Shown piece by piece: positions 1 through 9,641 of a stretch of 64,000 nucleotides of DNA. Origin of the DNA: a virus; IMG/VR virus record IMGVR_UViG_3300020200_000014, positions 1 to 64,000 of that record. One strand, written 5' to 3'. Both the position numbers and the translations under genes were made by a program. Within the stretch, counting starts at the first letter, position 1, and every line of letters starts with the position of its first letter. The notes under the pieces are model-generated. The model saw only the letters and a program-made list of their open reading frames with translations. It did not search any database and was not told the DNA's origin.

Positions 1-1
1 C

Positions 2-157
2 CAGGACTTGATTAAGTATCCAGCGAAACGAGCGTCGGCTTTACAAACAATGTTTAACTGGCTAAAGCAAATCTATGATTTCATAGTCAGTCTAGTTGGC
101 CTTGGAGAGCAGTATGGACGGCCCGACATTGAAAATGCCACATCCCCACGCACCTAA
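2..157 (+). CDS. 3' end of a hypothetical protein running in from the previous window
   Basis: Open frame from position 2 (QDLIKYPAK...SPRT) to TAA at 155-157. Confidence 0.45.
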   Translation, partial: QDLIKYPAKRASALQTMFNWLKQIYDFIVSLVGLGEQYGRPDIENATSPRT

Positions 158-164
158 TATTAAA

Positions 165-587
165 TCATGATGACCATTGATTGCTTTGTGGATTTACTAC
201 AGCAGCTAAACTAATTAAAGATATTTCAAAAGGTATACATGGTTCTAATTTTGCAGTTTTTGTTACAAGTATTTTGCTGCAATACACACCTTTAAGTCCA
301 TCTAAAGGATAAAATTGTCTAACTTCTTCTGTATCCATTAGTTTAGGAAGATCAGACCTTCTAAATAAATCTTCTTCTTGTGTTTTAATGGGCATACGAA
401 CATCCATAACAGATTCATAGCCTCCCCCTGGCCGAATATGAGAAGCTAAATTTAAGCAACATGGATCATAGAAATTGCATGCACTTTCTAAGGTTCCTCT
501 GTTTTCTACTTTAATGTTTGTTTTAGCCAATACATCTTCAAGAACAATTTGAGGAAAATCATGATCTTCTTTATAAAACTTAATCAT
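165..587 (-). CDS. hypothetical protein
   Basis: 140 aa ORF coupled to the upstream ORF; AGGT SD-like sequence. Confidence 0.6.
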   Translation of the reverse strand: MIKFYKEDHDFPQIVLEDVLAKTNIKVENRGTLESACNFYDPCCLNLASHIRPGGGYESVMDVRMPIKTQEEDLFRRSDLPKLMDTEEVRQFYPLDGLKGVYCSKILVTKTAKLEPCIPFEISLISLAAVVNPQSNQWSS

Positions 588-915
588 TTCTACCTTTCAT
601 AAATTTTCTCATATTTTGACCCCATTCACCAAAAATGCGAATTTGTTTGTAAATTGAATACCAGCTTGGAGAGTTAATGGGATGTCTTAGTTTATATTTA
701 ATCAAAGAAAACAAAAGATTCTTTGTTTTTATTTTCTTGAATATGTGATAACCATAAAAATTCCAATTAGAGGAACAATCTGGGCACAAATACGTAACTA
801 TTCTGAAATTTATACAAGCATACATCACACTATTTGCTTTAGCTTTACCACAACAAAGGCAAACTTGTTTCTTTGGGATATAACCTGCTTCAAATAATGG
901 CTCAGGAAATAACAT
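580..915 (-). CDS. hypothetical protein with Zn-ribbon-like Cys pairs
   Basis: CLCC...CPDC. Confidence 0.6.
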   Translation of the reverse strand: MLFPEPLFEAGYIPKKQVCLCCGKAKANSVMYACINFRIVTYLCPDCSSNWNFYGYHIFKKIKTKNLLFSLIKYKLRHPINSPSWYSIYKQIRIFGEWGQNMRKFMKGRND

Positions 916-1099
916 GCCTTAGCTCGTTTTCGCAAACAGTAAATTTTGAGGAATCATCTAAAAACGTAAATACATACCAAAATGATGGATATTGAGAAGA
1001 AAAATCAAACCAACAATTATCAATCTTGGCTTTTCTTTGTTGATTGGCCCAAACTACACGAACTTCTTCGCCTAATTTGAATTTATTTTGTTTCACCAT
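902..1099 (-). CDS. small hypothetical protein (possible SH3-like barrel)
   Basis: KFKLGEEVRV...ENEL pattern typical of small phage proteins. Confidence 0.55.
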   Translation of the reverse strand: MVKQNKFKLGEEVRVVWANQQRKAKIDNCWFDFSSQYPSFWYVFTFLDDSSKFTVCENELRHVIS

Positions 1100-1130
1100 A
1101 TCTTAAATGAAACATAAATTCAAAATAAAA

Positions 1131-1346
1131 TCAATGGCAAACTGCTTGCTCCTGAAGTCGCTGTATTTCTGCCACAAGTTTCAGTGCCCAACTTCCTCCA
1201 TGTAACTCGGCAAGACGTATGGCCTCAGATAACACCATCTCTTCTGTGTTAATTTTCAATTTGGCATTACATCGCAGCGATTTGGGCCATGTTTTGACTT
1301 CATCAGAAACTGAGTCGAACTGCCGTTTCAACCATCCAGGGGTCAT
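1131..1346 (-). CDS. hypothetical protein
   Basis: Likely start MTPGWLKRQ after AGGAG; locally higher GC. Confidence 0.55.
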   Translation of the reverse strand: MTPGWLKRQFDSVSDEVKTWPKSLRCNAKLKINTEEMVLSEAIRLAELHGGSWALKLVAEIQRLQEQAVCH

Positions 1347-1365
1347 GCTAACTCCTATACTATCA

Positions 1366-1647
1366 TCAATTTTCAGACTCCCAGCCACGTTTCTTAGCTA
1401 TTCTATCGGCGCAACTTTTAATTCCGCTTGGATTGGGTGCATTATGAGCATAAGCTTTAGCTGCTCCAACCTGTTTCTTATTAGTTACTGGATAAGACTT
1501 AGCAGGAGCGCCGCCGCTTGGACCACAAAATGGACCTTCATTAGATGAAGAAGTAGATCGATTTTTTCCTACATTTGATCCGCCTGGTTTTTTTCTATCT
1601 TTTTCTTCTTTCTCTGTTGCCTCTAAAAATTGTTTCCATGTTAACAT
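1366..1647 (-). CDS. putative virion internal protein (CTS-like N-terminus)
   Basis: MLTWKQFLEA start; GAGGA SD. Confidence 0.6.
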   Translation of the reverse strand: MLTWKQFLEATEKEEKDRKKPGGSNVGKNRSTSSSNEGPFCGPSGGAPAKSYPVTNKKQVGAAKAYAHNAPNPSGIKSCADRIAKKRGWESEN

Positions 1648-1657
1648 GATTCATCCT

Positions 1658-1924
1658 CTATATTTTCCAAGATTTAAATGAAACAATAGAACAAACATTT
1701 TCTGTACTTATATTAAATTTTTCAGAAATTACTTTAGCTTTTGTTCCATTACTATATAGATTTCTAATTTCAATAACTTGATTTTTATTTAATTTTGCTT
1801 TGCCACTGTATTCGCCTTTTTTTAACCTATCAATTTTAAGATATTGTATTTTATAGATAACTCTTTGATTTGACAGACCAAGAACATAATCATTAATTAA
1901 ATTTTGTGCATCCAACTCATTCAT
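1658..1924 (-). CDS. small HTH protein resembling the C-terminal DNA-binding domain of HNH endonucleases
   Basis: AKLNKNQVIEIRNLY...ISEKFNIS...IVSFKSWK; probable start MNELD at 1924. Confidence 0.6.
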   Translation of the reverse strand: MNELDAQNLINDYVLGLSNQRVIYKIQYLKIDRLKKGEYSGKAKLNKNQVIEIRNLYSNGTKAKVISEKFNISTENVCSIVSFKSWKI

Positions 1925-1949
1925 ATTATTTTGTTTCAATATTATAAAA

Positions 1950-2348
1950 TTATCCTTTAACATTTCCAAGAGTAATGTGATACTGTTTGCTAATATCATT
2001 GAATCTAAATCTAGGTAAACCCAATTCTTCTCTTATATCGCCAATACGTTCACTTCGAGCATCTAAAAAGAAGTAATTTCCATCTGTAGCTATGTCAGAA
2101 TTATAAGTAAATGGCACCTTTTCGCCATCATACTTACCCCAAACTTCCATATTGACGGGTGTTTCTTTGCCAGTTCTAACAACAGTAATGTGAGGAGGAT
2201 ACATTTGTGGTTTTACATAATAATACTTAGGAATCAAAGAGCGGTAGTATTTTGCAATATCTTCCGCTATCCAAACAACAGCACGAATCCCAGGCCCATA
2301 TTGCAGGATTCCTGTTGAACTGTGCATAAATTCCTTGAAGTTCATCAC
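1950..2348 (-). CDS. 2H phosphoesterase family protein
   Basis: Two HxT motifs: PPHITVV and QYHITLG. Confidence 0.75.
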   Translation of the reverse strand: MMNFKEFMHSSTGILQYGPGIRAVVWIAEDIAKYYRSLIPKYYYVKPQMYPPHITVVRTGKETPVNMEVWGKYDGEKVPFTYNSDIATDGNYFFLDARSERIGDIREELGLPRFRFNDISKQYHITLGNVKG

Positions 2349-2379
2349 GCTATTATATACAAAAAACTTGAATTGTAAA

Positions 2380-3417
2380 TCAAGGTTTTATTTCAGACTC
2401 ATCTAAATCAATAGAATCTTCATTTCGCATTCTAAAATAAGCTCTAAGATCGTCACGAAGTCCTATAGACCTTTCCGTAAGCTGATGCAAACCTTGCCAA
2501 TCCTTTTTTAAATCTAACTCTGGGTCGAAATTATGTTTGAGCAAAATATTCCATCTTTGTTTATAATTTCTATTACCTTTCTTACCATGCCAGCGATGTA
2601 GGATTAATCCAGGCAAATACCCTATATTCCTCCTAATATACCTATTTGCCCTATCTTCCCAAATTAACAAAGCTCTTTTATAGTTTTCATTTATATCATG
2701 ATAGAATGTATCTTTAACTCTGCCGATTAAAGCGTGGGCCATATGTCTATCGGCTGCACCAAGGATTGCGAAATCAATTAAACCACCTAATTTATCGATA
2801 GCTTCTCTTCTAGCTGCCCAAGCAAAGCCAGGATGCCAGCTTTCAATTCTTTTGACAAATCGTTTGTGGTAATCATCCGTAATGGTAAGAGGTTTGGATT
2901 CAATAGCTTCATTCCAATCAAATTCTCTATTAAAAGGTTCATTTAAATTAGAATAACTATAAACAAATCCGTTATGTTTTTGTAAAGGTTCATTATCTGG
3001 AGTAAGGTCTTGGGCAATAGAAAACATTTGGATAACCATATAATGTTGCAATTGATGAATGGTTTCTTTAACCCAATCAGGTCTAGAAAATACAATATCT
3101 GCATCAATCCAAGCGACATATTCCCAATCAGAAGGAAGTCTGGAAATAGCAATGTTAAGTAGATTTTCTTTTTGCCAGAGTTCACTATAGGTTCTTAGCT
3201 GTATATGGTTAGGTAATTTTTCGGTTATGGCATGTGGCCTATTGCCGAAAGCAGCTTCTATAGGATAAAGAATTCCACCTGCATCTTGGACCATTTTTGC
3301 GAAATCAACATAAAGTCTATATCTGGATTGATACCGGCAAGGATTAGTTATAGAAGTAACGACATAAAGCTTGCTTTTCTGGCTTTTTGGGTCTTCGGGA
3401 TGACATTCAAAGTACAT
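2380..3417 (-). CDS. GT-A-fold glycosyltransferase-like protein
   Basis: KENLLN, YVAWIDADI (DxD), GFAWA, HRWHG. Confidence 0.6.
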   Translation of the reverse strand: MYFECHPEDPKSQKSKLYVVTSITNPCRYQSRYRLYVDFAKMVQDAGGILYPIEAAFGNRPHAITEKLPNHIQLRTYSELWQKENLLNIAISRLPSDWEYVAWIDADIVFSRPDWVKETIHQLQHYMVIQMFSIAQDLTPDNEPLQKHNGFVYSYSNLNEPFNREFDWNEAIESKPLTITDDYHKRFVKRIESWHPGFAWAARREAIDKLGGLIDFAILGAADRHMAHALIGRVKDTFYHDINENYKRALLIWEDRANRYIRRNIGYLPGLILHRWHGKKGNRNYKQRWNILLKHNFDPELDLKKDWQGLHQLTERSIGLRDDLRAYFRMRNEDSIDLDESEIKP

Positions 3418-3432
3418 TGTGAAATATTATAG

Positions 3433-3621
3433 CTACTTCTTCATTTTATTGGGTGCCATTGGAGTAACATTTAAAGGATTTCCTCCAGAATTGTCTCCAT
3501 ATCGATGATTATACAAGTCTTTGGCATTTTTGCGTTTAGTTCCAGGATTAGAAGGATTATCTTGTGGGCCTTGAGTCATCCACAATTCTTCCTGTAATTT
3601 TAAATATTCTTTAAAAGTCAT
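3433..3621 (-). CDS. small putative internal virion protein
   Basis: MTFKEYLKLQEE start; TAAATA 7 nt upstream. Confidence 0.6.
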   Translation of the reverse strand: MTFKEYLKLQEELWMTQGPQDNPSNPGTKRKNAKDLYNHRYGDNSGGNPLNVTPMAPNKMKK

Positions 3622-3657
3622 ATTACAGTATTTATTTGTTTGTGTTATAATTAAAAC

Positions 3658-4044
3658 ATGTATTATAGAGACGTAAAAGATTTAATTAGAGAATCTCAAG
3701 AAACAGAAGGAATTGACATTAAAAAACTTAAGCCTGGAACATTGGTGGAAGTTTGGACTAGAAATTCCAAATATGAGCTTAAAATTAATGATGATTCTAC
3801 CACTATAAAAGGTGGCAAACATTTCTTAGAAGAAACACCTATAGTTTTTACAGGATCAACTTGGGGTGGTTCTTGTATTAAAGTGGGTTGGATAGGTCTA
3901 GGAATGCATATGGAATTATGGCAAGGAGATTTAGTTACCACAACCACAGGTGCAAGAAAAGCAAAGGTATCTGGAGATGGGTGGGAATATGAATTGGATT
4001 GGTCAGATCATGAAGGTGGGGAGTCTATGCCCGATGGTAGCTAA
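3658..4044 (+). CDS. hypothetical protein
   Basis: 128 aa ORF; TATAAT 6 nt before ATG. Confidence 0.65.
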   Translation: MYYRDVKDLIRESQETEGIDIKKLKPGTLVEVWTRNSKYELKINDDSTTIKGGKHFLEETPIVFTGSTWGGSCIKVGWIGLGMHMELWQGDLVTTTTGARKAKVSGDGWEYELDWSDHEGGESMPDGS

Positions 4045-4557
4045 GAACTTAACAGAACCAGCTTCACTCATAAGAATTCTATAATTATTTTTTTCTTTAG
4101 TTATTTCTGATTCTATCCCTATTTGATTGAAGTAGTCGTTTATTATACCTGTACCCTTTTCTCCAAATTTATGAGTATTGATTATAACGTTATTTTTTTT
4201 GATTTTACCACAATCTCCATACCAAATAGCCAAGCCGATATCTCTAAGTTTGTCTAAAATTGCCATCTTTACAGTTTTCACATCATCTTCATAAAATAAC
4301 TCTCTAAATTCATTAAAAATAGGGAAACAATTAGAATGCCATCTTAAAGTTCTTCCTTCTTTTGTAAATGGCTTTTGAGATGCGAAATTCTTTAATTCCT
4401 GAGATTTATATTCCAACCACATTTCATCACATGATCGCATGAATAAATAGCTATTTCTGCCTTTTTTGGGTTTAACTATAGAAGAACCTCCAAGTATAGT
4501 TCCCATAATAATTTGCTTTTGCCAATCAGTTATAACAGGGCTATAAAAGTAAGTCAT
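4003..4557 (-). CDS. LAGLIDADG-type homing endonuclease-like protein (degenerate motifs)
   Basis: IIMGTILGGSSI and GLAIWYGDCG helices; first acidic catalytic residue appears missing. Confidence 0.75.
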   Translation of the reverse strand: MTYFYSPVITDWQKQIIMGTILGGSSIVKPKKGRNSYLFMRSCDEMWLEYKSQELKNFASQKPFTKEGRTLRWHSNCFPIFNEFRELFYEDDVKTVKMAILDKLRDIGLAIWYGDCGKIKKNNVIINTHKFGEKGTGIINDYFNQIGIESEITKEKNNYRILMSEAGSVKFLATIGHRLPTFMI

Positions 4558-4662
4558 TCTATACTATTTAGCCTTATTTTAAATTTTTACCAAAATTCTT
4601 TAAATAAAATTTTACTACTCATACCTATTAATGACAGTAAAATTTTTTAGGAGAAAATAAAA

Positions 4663-4989
4663 ATGGGAGCAACAAGCGTAACAGGTGTAAGTGGAGCGGG
4701 TTCAGTATATGGAAGTCAAAAGGGTTCCGAGGAGATGACATTAGGTGTAGGTCACTTAATTGGACCTAGAGTTGTAGCAGCTGGAACTGTATCTTTAGCA
4801 GAAGATGGCACAGCTACTGTATATTTCCCAACCCTTGATGGCGTTGCCGCTGATTACATTGCTTTGGCAACAGATACTAATGCCACTCAGGGTGCTGTTA
4901 ACGTAACTACTTTTACCACAAGCACTTTGGCATTAAAGGGTACAAATGATCACTCTGCAAATTGGGCGATCATTAAAGTTGGTTTCTAA
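4663..4989 (+). CDS. putative virion structural/decoration protein
   Basis: Gly/Ala/Thr/Val-rich beta-type sequence, strong AGGAG SD, own terminator. Confidence 0.55.
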   Translation: MGATSVTGVSGAGSVYGSQKGSEEMTLGVGHLIGPRVVAAGTVSLAEDGTATVYFPTLDGVAADYIALATDTNATQGAVNVTTFTTSTLALKGTNDHSANWAIIKVGF

Positions 4990-5017
4990 TGTGACGGTTT
5001 TTATGGCCTTTTTAGTT

Positions 5018-5056
5018 AAACTAAAATCCAGGTTGATGCCTGGATTTTAGTTTTTT
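5018..5056 (+). terminator. rho-independent terminator
   Basis: AAACTAAAATCCAGG-ttgatg-CCTGGATTTTAGTTT followed by T-run. Confidence 0.85.
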
Positions 5057-5064
5057 ATAATTAT

Positions 5065-5262
5065 ATGATGCTGTATGTAGAGCAACTTGAATCTAGGATA
5101 GCCCCAAATCAATTTAGCATAGACTTACTTCCTAAAACACTTTTTACACCTTTACTATACAACACAGAAATAAAAGGCATAAGAAATTTAGAATGTTATA
5201 TAGATGAGCATAAAAATTCTATCCATATCGGTACAAATCGCAGTCAAACTAATACAAATTGA
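5065..5262 (+). CDS. small protein with planctomycete-type LE(S/D)RxxP N-terminal motif
   Basis: LYVEQLESRIAP. Confidence 0.55.
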   Translation: MMLYVEQLESRIAPNQFSIDLLPKTLFTPLLYNTEIKGIRNLECYIDEHKNSIHIGTNRSQTNTN

Positions 5263-5324
5263 GAAGCCATATGTAATAAATAGGCAAACACCAATAAATT
5301 TTGTATTAGTAGAACAACAACACC

Positions 5325-6134
5325 ATGAAGACAGAAGACACAGCTAGATTAGATAGACCTGAAATGACTTTTTATAAGAACACATATAAAAATAGTCCTA
5401 AATGGAATGGCAAGCGATTAGGTAAAAAGAAGATAATAATTTATTGTGAACAAGGAATAGGCGATACAATACAATTCATTAGATATATCAACTATATTGG
5501 CGGACATATAATCGTAGCTTGTGATCCTAGATTGCATTCATTAATCAAGACAATGCCCGCTGTTAGAGAAGTTATTGACAAATATGATGGAAATCTACCT
5601 CCTCATGACTGCCATATTTTATCTCTTTCGTTACCTTTTGTATTGGATAAGGTAGTCTGTGCTGTTCCTTATTTGTCTGTTGAGCCATTCCCTGACATAC
5701 CAGATGGCTTTAAAATCGGCATAAGTTGGGAAGGAAACCCTAGTTATGAACACAACTTAACAAGATCATGCCCTTTAGCTAAATTCAAATGTCTCAAAGA
5801 CACTTTGTACATGCTTCAGGATAAACTTTATACTCCAGAATTCATAGCTGGGTGTGAAGAAATGGATTTATCCGGGTATCCTTTAAATGATTTTATGGAT
5901 ACAGCTAGGTTAATTGCTTCGATGGACAGAGTTATTTCGGTTGATACTTCAGTTTTACATTTGGCTGGGGCTTTGGGTAAGAAGGCTTATGGGATATTAA
6001 GCCATCATTATGACGAAAGATGGAACGTTTACAAATGGTATCCTAGTGTTTTATTAATTAGGCAAGACTCTCCTGGAGATTGGGACTCAGTATTTACAAA
6101 ACTCCTACTTCTACAAGAGAAAGGGAAGTTTTAG
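5325..6134 (+). CDS. glycosyltransferase family 9-like protein
   Basis: EQGIGDTIQFIRY, IGISWEGNP, VISVDTSVLHLAGALGK. Confidence 0.85.
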   Translation: MKTEDTARLDRPEMTFYKNTYKNSPKWNGKRLGKKKIIIYCEQGIGDTIQFIRYINYIGGHIIVACDPRLHSLIKTMPAVREVIDKYDGNLPPHDCHILSLSLPFVLDKVVCAVPYLSVEPFPDIPDGFKIGISWEGNPSYEHNLTRSCPLAKFKCLKDTLYMLQDKLYTPEFIAGCEEMDLSGYPLNDFMDTARLIASMDRVISVDTSVLHLAGALGKKAYGILSHHYDERWNVYKWYPSVLLIRQDSPGDWDSVFTKLLLLQEKGKF

Positions 6135-6139
6135 AAACT

Positions 6140-6643
6140 TTACAAGACATTAATATGATTCAATGCCTTAGACAAAGATAACAAATGTTTACAAAGACCT
6201 GGCAAATGTAAAGGGTTAGCTTCCCATAATCCTTGCCCTTCGTACTTTTTGCCTTTATTACCTACTAATGCATTTATTGCTGGACGACTATTTTCAAATT
6301 TCCATCGCCATTTAAAATCAGGGCAATCACATCTTACTAATATATCATGTTCAGAAAGATTATTAATTTCATAGTATTTTCCGTCATCAGCCATGAATTT
6401 TATTGGGCCTCCTGAATAATCTACTTCTTTAAATACAATTGTTGTTTTGTACTCTTTTCCTTCATTTTGTGCTTTGCCACGAATTAGCAAAGTATTAAGG
6501 CCAAGAAAAGGAGTCCACTTTAAGTCTACAATTTTTATAGTCTGGGTGGAATGTTCCCTTTTGGTAGTTCTGGGGAATGCTTGCTGCATCGACACATACA
6601 GGTCATCCATTGTAGATTCAAAAAATTGCTTGAAATTATCCAC
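6140..6643 (-). CDS. SWIM zinc-finger protein
   Basis: VRCDCPDF...GLCKHL; probable GTG start giving MDNFKQFFE. Confidence 0.75.
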   Translation of the reverse strand: MDNFKQFFESTMDDLYVSMQQAFPRTTKREHSTQTIKIVDLKWTPFLGLNTLLIRGKAQNEGKEYKTTIVFKEVDYSGGPIKFMADDGKYYEINNLSEHDILVRCDCPDFKWRWKFENSRPAINALVGNKGKKYEGQGLWEANPLHLPGLCKHLLSLSKALNHINVL

Positions 6644-6650
6644 AATGTAT

Positions 6651-8594
6651 TTAAGCAATTGCATTTGATATTATATCCGTAGCTTGATCAACATCTTCTT
6701 CAGTAAATGTAAGATGAGGTCTGAAGCGAATGGATTTTGACCCGCATGGCAAGCACAACATTTTTTCACAAAGTTTATTTAACAACATATCTCTTTCTTC
6801 TTTTGTTGGCATATCAAAAGCAATAATTGAACCTCTACCTCTTGCATTAATTAAATCTAAACTTTTTAACTTATCTACAAAATAATCTCCAACTAATTTT
6901 GATTGATCAAGCAAATTGTATTTTTTAATCGTATCCAATATTATTGCAGACCTAGCTAAATCAATGCCGTCTGCGCCCCAAGTAGAATTAATTCTACTTG
7001 ATACGTTAAAAGCATTGGTAGGAACTTCAAATATACGATTTCCTCCAGCAACACCACACACTTGCATTTTTTTGCCAAATGCCAATAAATCGCTAGCAAC
7101 ACCAAAATGTTGATAGCACCAATATTTGCCAGTTGACAATCCTGTTTGAACTTCATCAAAAATAAGGAGACATTCATTTTTATTTGTAATTTCTCTTAGT
7201 GATACAAGAAATTCTTTATCAACATGTATGTCTCCACCTTCACAAATTATCGGTTCTATTATGACCGCTGCTGAATTATTTTTTTGCAAAGTTTTTTCAA
7301 GCATTTCTAATCCAATATCACTAACTGGAAATCTTGGCCATTTAAATTTTGGAAACCATTTAGTTTTTATTGGATCAGTATTAGTTAAATTTAAACAATA
7401 TGAACTTCTTCCATGAAACGCATTTTCAAAATGAATAATGTTTAAGTTATTAATTGCATTTTCATTGTCTTCTATTCCTAGTTTTTGAACTTTCCAATCA
7501 AATGCTATTTTTAAAGCATTTTCTACCGCAAGTGCCCCTGAAGATATAAAAAAGAATTTACTAAATTCTGGCATTGTCTCTGCCAATTTTTCTAAAAATG
7601 TAGCATAATGCTTAACATAAATGTCACTATGAGCAATTTTAGTTAGCGATATCTCTGATAATTTATCTATTTTTGATACTAATTCAATATGATTCCACCC
7701 TAAAGCTTGACTTCCAAATTGGCCAAAACAATCTAAGTATTTTTTATTATTTCTAGCATCTACTATATATGACCCATAACTTCTTTTGAAATCTAAAACT
7801 AAATCAAAGCCATCAACTAAAATATATTTTTGGAGAGTAGGTATGACTTTATCAGCTTCGTTTTTGCATTTTGTTTGATGCGAAGAGACACTATGACATA
7901 TACCAATAAAAACTTCATCTTGGAAAACATTCTTTATTCTATTAATTTTTTTATGCACCCACTGAACGTTTCCAGCAATATAACCTTTTGAGGAATCAAT
8001 TCTATCTAAAGATGCAGTGCCATTTTTTCCGAACTCCAATTCTACACCAGAAAGATTACATTTGCCTTCTTGTTGAATAAATAATCCCCATGCATATTTT
8101 AAATTAATTTCAAATACAAGTGATCTATTTTTAGCCCCACGAATCAAACTATTCCAATAACGTCCAGTAATTTCACCTAATCCTGGCAATGTTATTTCCT
8201 CCATGTAACAATCTGTGCATTGTTTAGTATGCTTCCTAAGAAGATTAGATTGCAAATGCGTTTTTACTCTGCCACATTTACATTCGCAAAGCCATCGCTG
8301 TTGCAATTTGCCAGTTTTTCCTCTTACAGACTCCATTCTTTTCAACACCTTCCATGATCCAATTTGTTTTCCAGTCAAATCATATTTTATTCTCATGCAC
8401 CCACATGAACGTACCCTGCCTCTAATTAAATCAGATTGAAGACAAACTTTTTCTTTATTACATTTACATTTGCAAAGCCAATAAGCCCTTTTATAAGTAT
8501 GACCATTGGGTTTTTTTCTTACTTCCTCATAAGAAAACTCTATTACTGTTAATCGACCAAAAGTTTGACCGACGAGACTAATTTTATCAATAAA
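6651..8594 (-). CDS. fusion of HNH-like endonuclease (N-terminal) and L-lysine 6-aminotransferase-like class III PLP enzyme (C-terminal)
   Basis: GQTFGRLTV/WLCKCKC repeats and SLDRIDSSKGYIAGNVQWVH; then FFISSGALAVENALK, AFHGRS, LIFDEVQTG, FGKKMQVCG, SRINSTWG. Frame stays open 66 codons upstream of ATG 8396. Confidence 0.8.
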   Translation of the reverse strand, partial: FIDKISLVGQTFGRLTVIEFSYEEVRKKPNGHTYKRAYWLCKCKCNKEKVCLQSDLIRGRVRSCGCMRIKYDLTGKQIGSWKVLKRMESVRGKTGKLQQRWLCECKCGRVKTHLQSNLLRKHTKQCTDCYMEEITLPGLGEITGRYWNSLIRGAKNRSLVFEINLKYAWGLFIQQEGKCNLSGVELEFGKNGTASLDRIDSSKGYIAGNVQWVHKKINRIKNVFQDEVFIGICHSVSSHQTKCKNEADKVIPTLQKYILVDGFDLVLDFKRSYGSYIVDARNNKKYLDCFGQFGSQALGWNHIELVSKIDKLSEISLTKIAHSDIYVKHYATFLEKLAETMPEFSKFFFISSGALAVENALKIAFDWKVQKLGIEDNENAINNLNIIHFENAFHGRSSYCLNLTNTDPIKTKWFPKFKWPRFPVSDIGLEMLEKTLQKNNSAAVIIEPIICEGGDIHVDKEFLVSLREITNKNECLLIFDEVQTGLSTGKYWCYQHFGVASDLLAFGKKMQVCGVAGGNRIFEVPTNAFNVSSRINSTWGADGIDLARSAIILDTIKKYNLLDQSKLVGDYFVDKLKSLDLINARGRGSIIAFDMPTKEERDMLLNKLCEKMLCLPCGSKSIRFRPHLTFTEEDVDQATDIISNAIA

Positions 8595-9374
8595 TCACCT
8601 TGCTTCAATACTATAACTATTAAAGAAATCTAATTGATGAAATGATAACCTTGGTATTTCATTTCCATTCCAAGCAAAACTTAAACTATCGTTATTTTCA
8701 TTGTTCCATTCTTGTAATTTTCTGACATGAACTGCGTAAGAAATGAAATGTACCATCTTATCATGCTGTAAGGCAATAGCTCTCATAATACCAACAATTT
8801 TATAATTATTAAATACAGGAGAACCAGAATCTCCAGGTATTGTTGGAATTGAAGTTCTAAGATAACCATTTATTCTGGAATATCCGGTATTGACTGAAGT
8901 TATCTTGCCGTAATCTAATCTAGGTTCCTCTCCTGCACCGCATCCAATTCGAAATACATCATTTCCTGTGAAAATTTTTGCATTAAAGTCCAACTCACCA
9001 ACTGCCATCTGTTTGTCAGAATAAAAAACGCCTATAGCCAAATCTCTATCATCATCCATAGCAAAAATTCTGGCATTAAATTGGCTAGAGGTATTAATGT
9101 CAGACCAGTTTTTATAATTAAATACTCTAACCGTATGAGAAGAGTACATATCTACTACATGGGCACAAGTAACAAAGACATTCCTATAATTATTATCGGA
9201 TACTTTTTCACTTCTTAGTATTATGCCAGTACCAATACCGTTGTCTGCATATTCGATCATTATTGTTGGATATAAGCATTTTTCATGTAAGTTTTTGTCA
9301 GGTGTATCAGGACTAGCCGGTGAAATTATAAAGAAGGTAAGAAGAAAAGTTAAAAATGTCATGAATAATCGCAT
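8595..9374 (-). CDS. secreted trypsin-like serine protease
   Basis: Signal peptide; TCAHV, RDLA, PGDSGSP catalytic triad motifs. Confidence 0.85.
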   Translation of the reverse strand: MRLFMTFLTFLLTFFIISPASPDTPDKNLHEKCLYPTIMIEYADNGIGTGIILRSEKVSDNNYRNVFVTCAHVVDMYSSHTVRVFNYKNWSDINTSSQFNARIFAMDDDRDLAIGVFYSDKQMAVGELDFNAKIFTGNDVFRIGCGAGEEPRLDYGKITSVNTGYSRINGYLRTSIPTIPGDSGSPVFNNYKIVGIMRAIALQHDKMVHFISYAVHVRKLQEWNNENNDSLSFAWNGNEIPRLSFHQLDFFNSYSIEAR

Positions 9375-9431
9375 TCCTTTATTTACATTAACTTAGTAAC
9401 AATTTAAAACAATTAATACTATTTTATTGTT

Positions 9432-9641
9432 ATGAGCCAAGATTGTTATATTTATTGGGATGAAGGCAACATCCCTGATAGGTGTGTTTATATACAGTGT
9501 ACCAAATGTTTTAAGGAAAATGGCCTTGGTAAAATATGGAGAAAAGAAGCTGGCTATCAAAATACTATTATCTGCAAATGTGGCGAAATAATTCATGAGG
9601 AGAAAATTGAAAAACCTGTTAAAAGAAAACAGAATAAGTAA
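9432..9641 (+). CDS. small Zn-binding hypothetical protein
   Basis: CTKC...CKCG. Confidence 0.55.
   Translation: MSQDCYIYWDEGNIPDRCVYIQCTKCFKENGLGKIWRKEAGYQNTIICKCGEIIHEEKIEKPVKRKQNK

Noticed and set aside
2380-3417. Eukaryotic giant-virus origin (GT-like gene, papain and AlkB genes are common there)
   Set aside because: SD sequences, sigma70 promoters, rho-independent terminators and myophage tail genes are bacteriophage features
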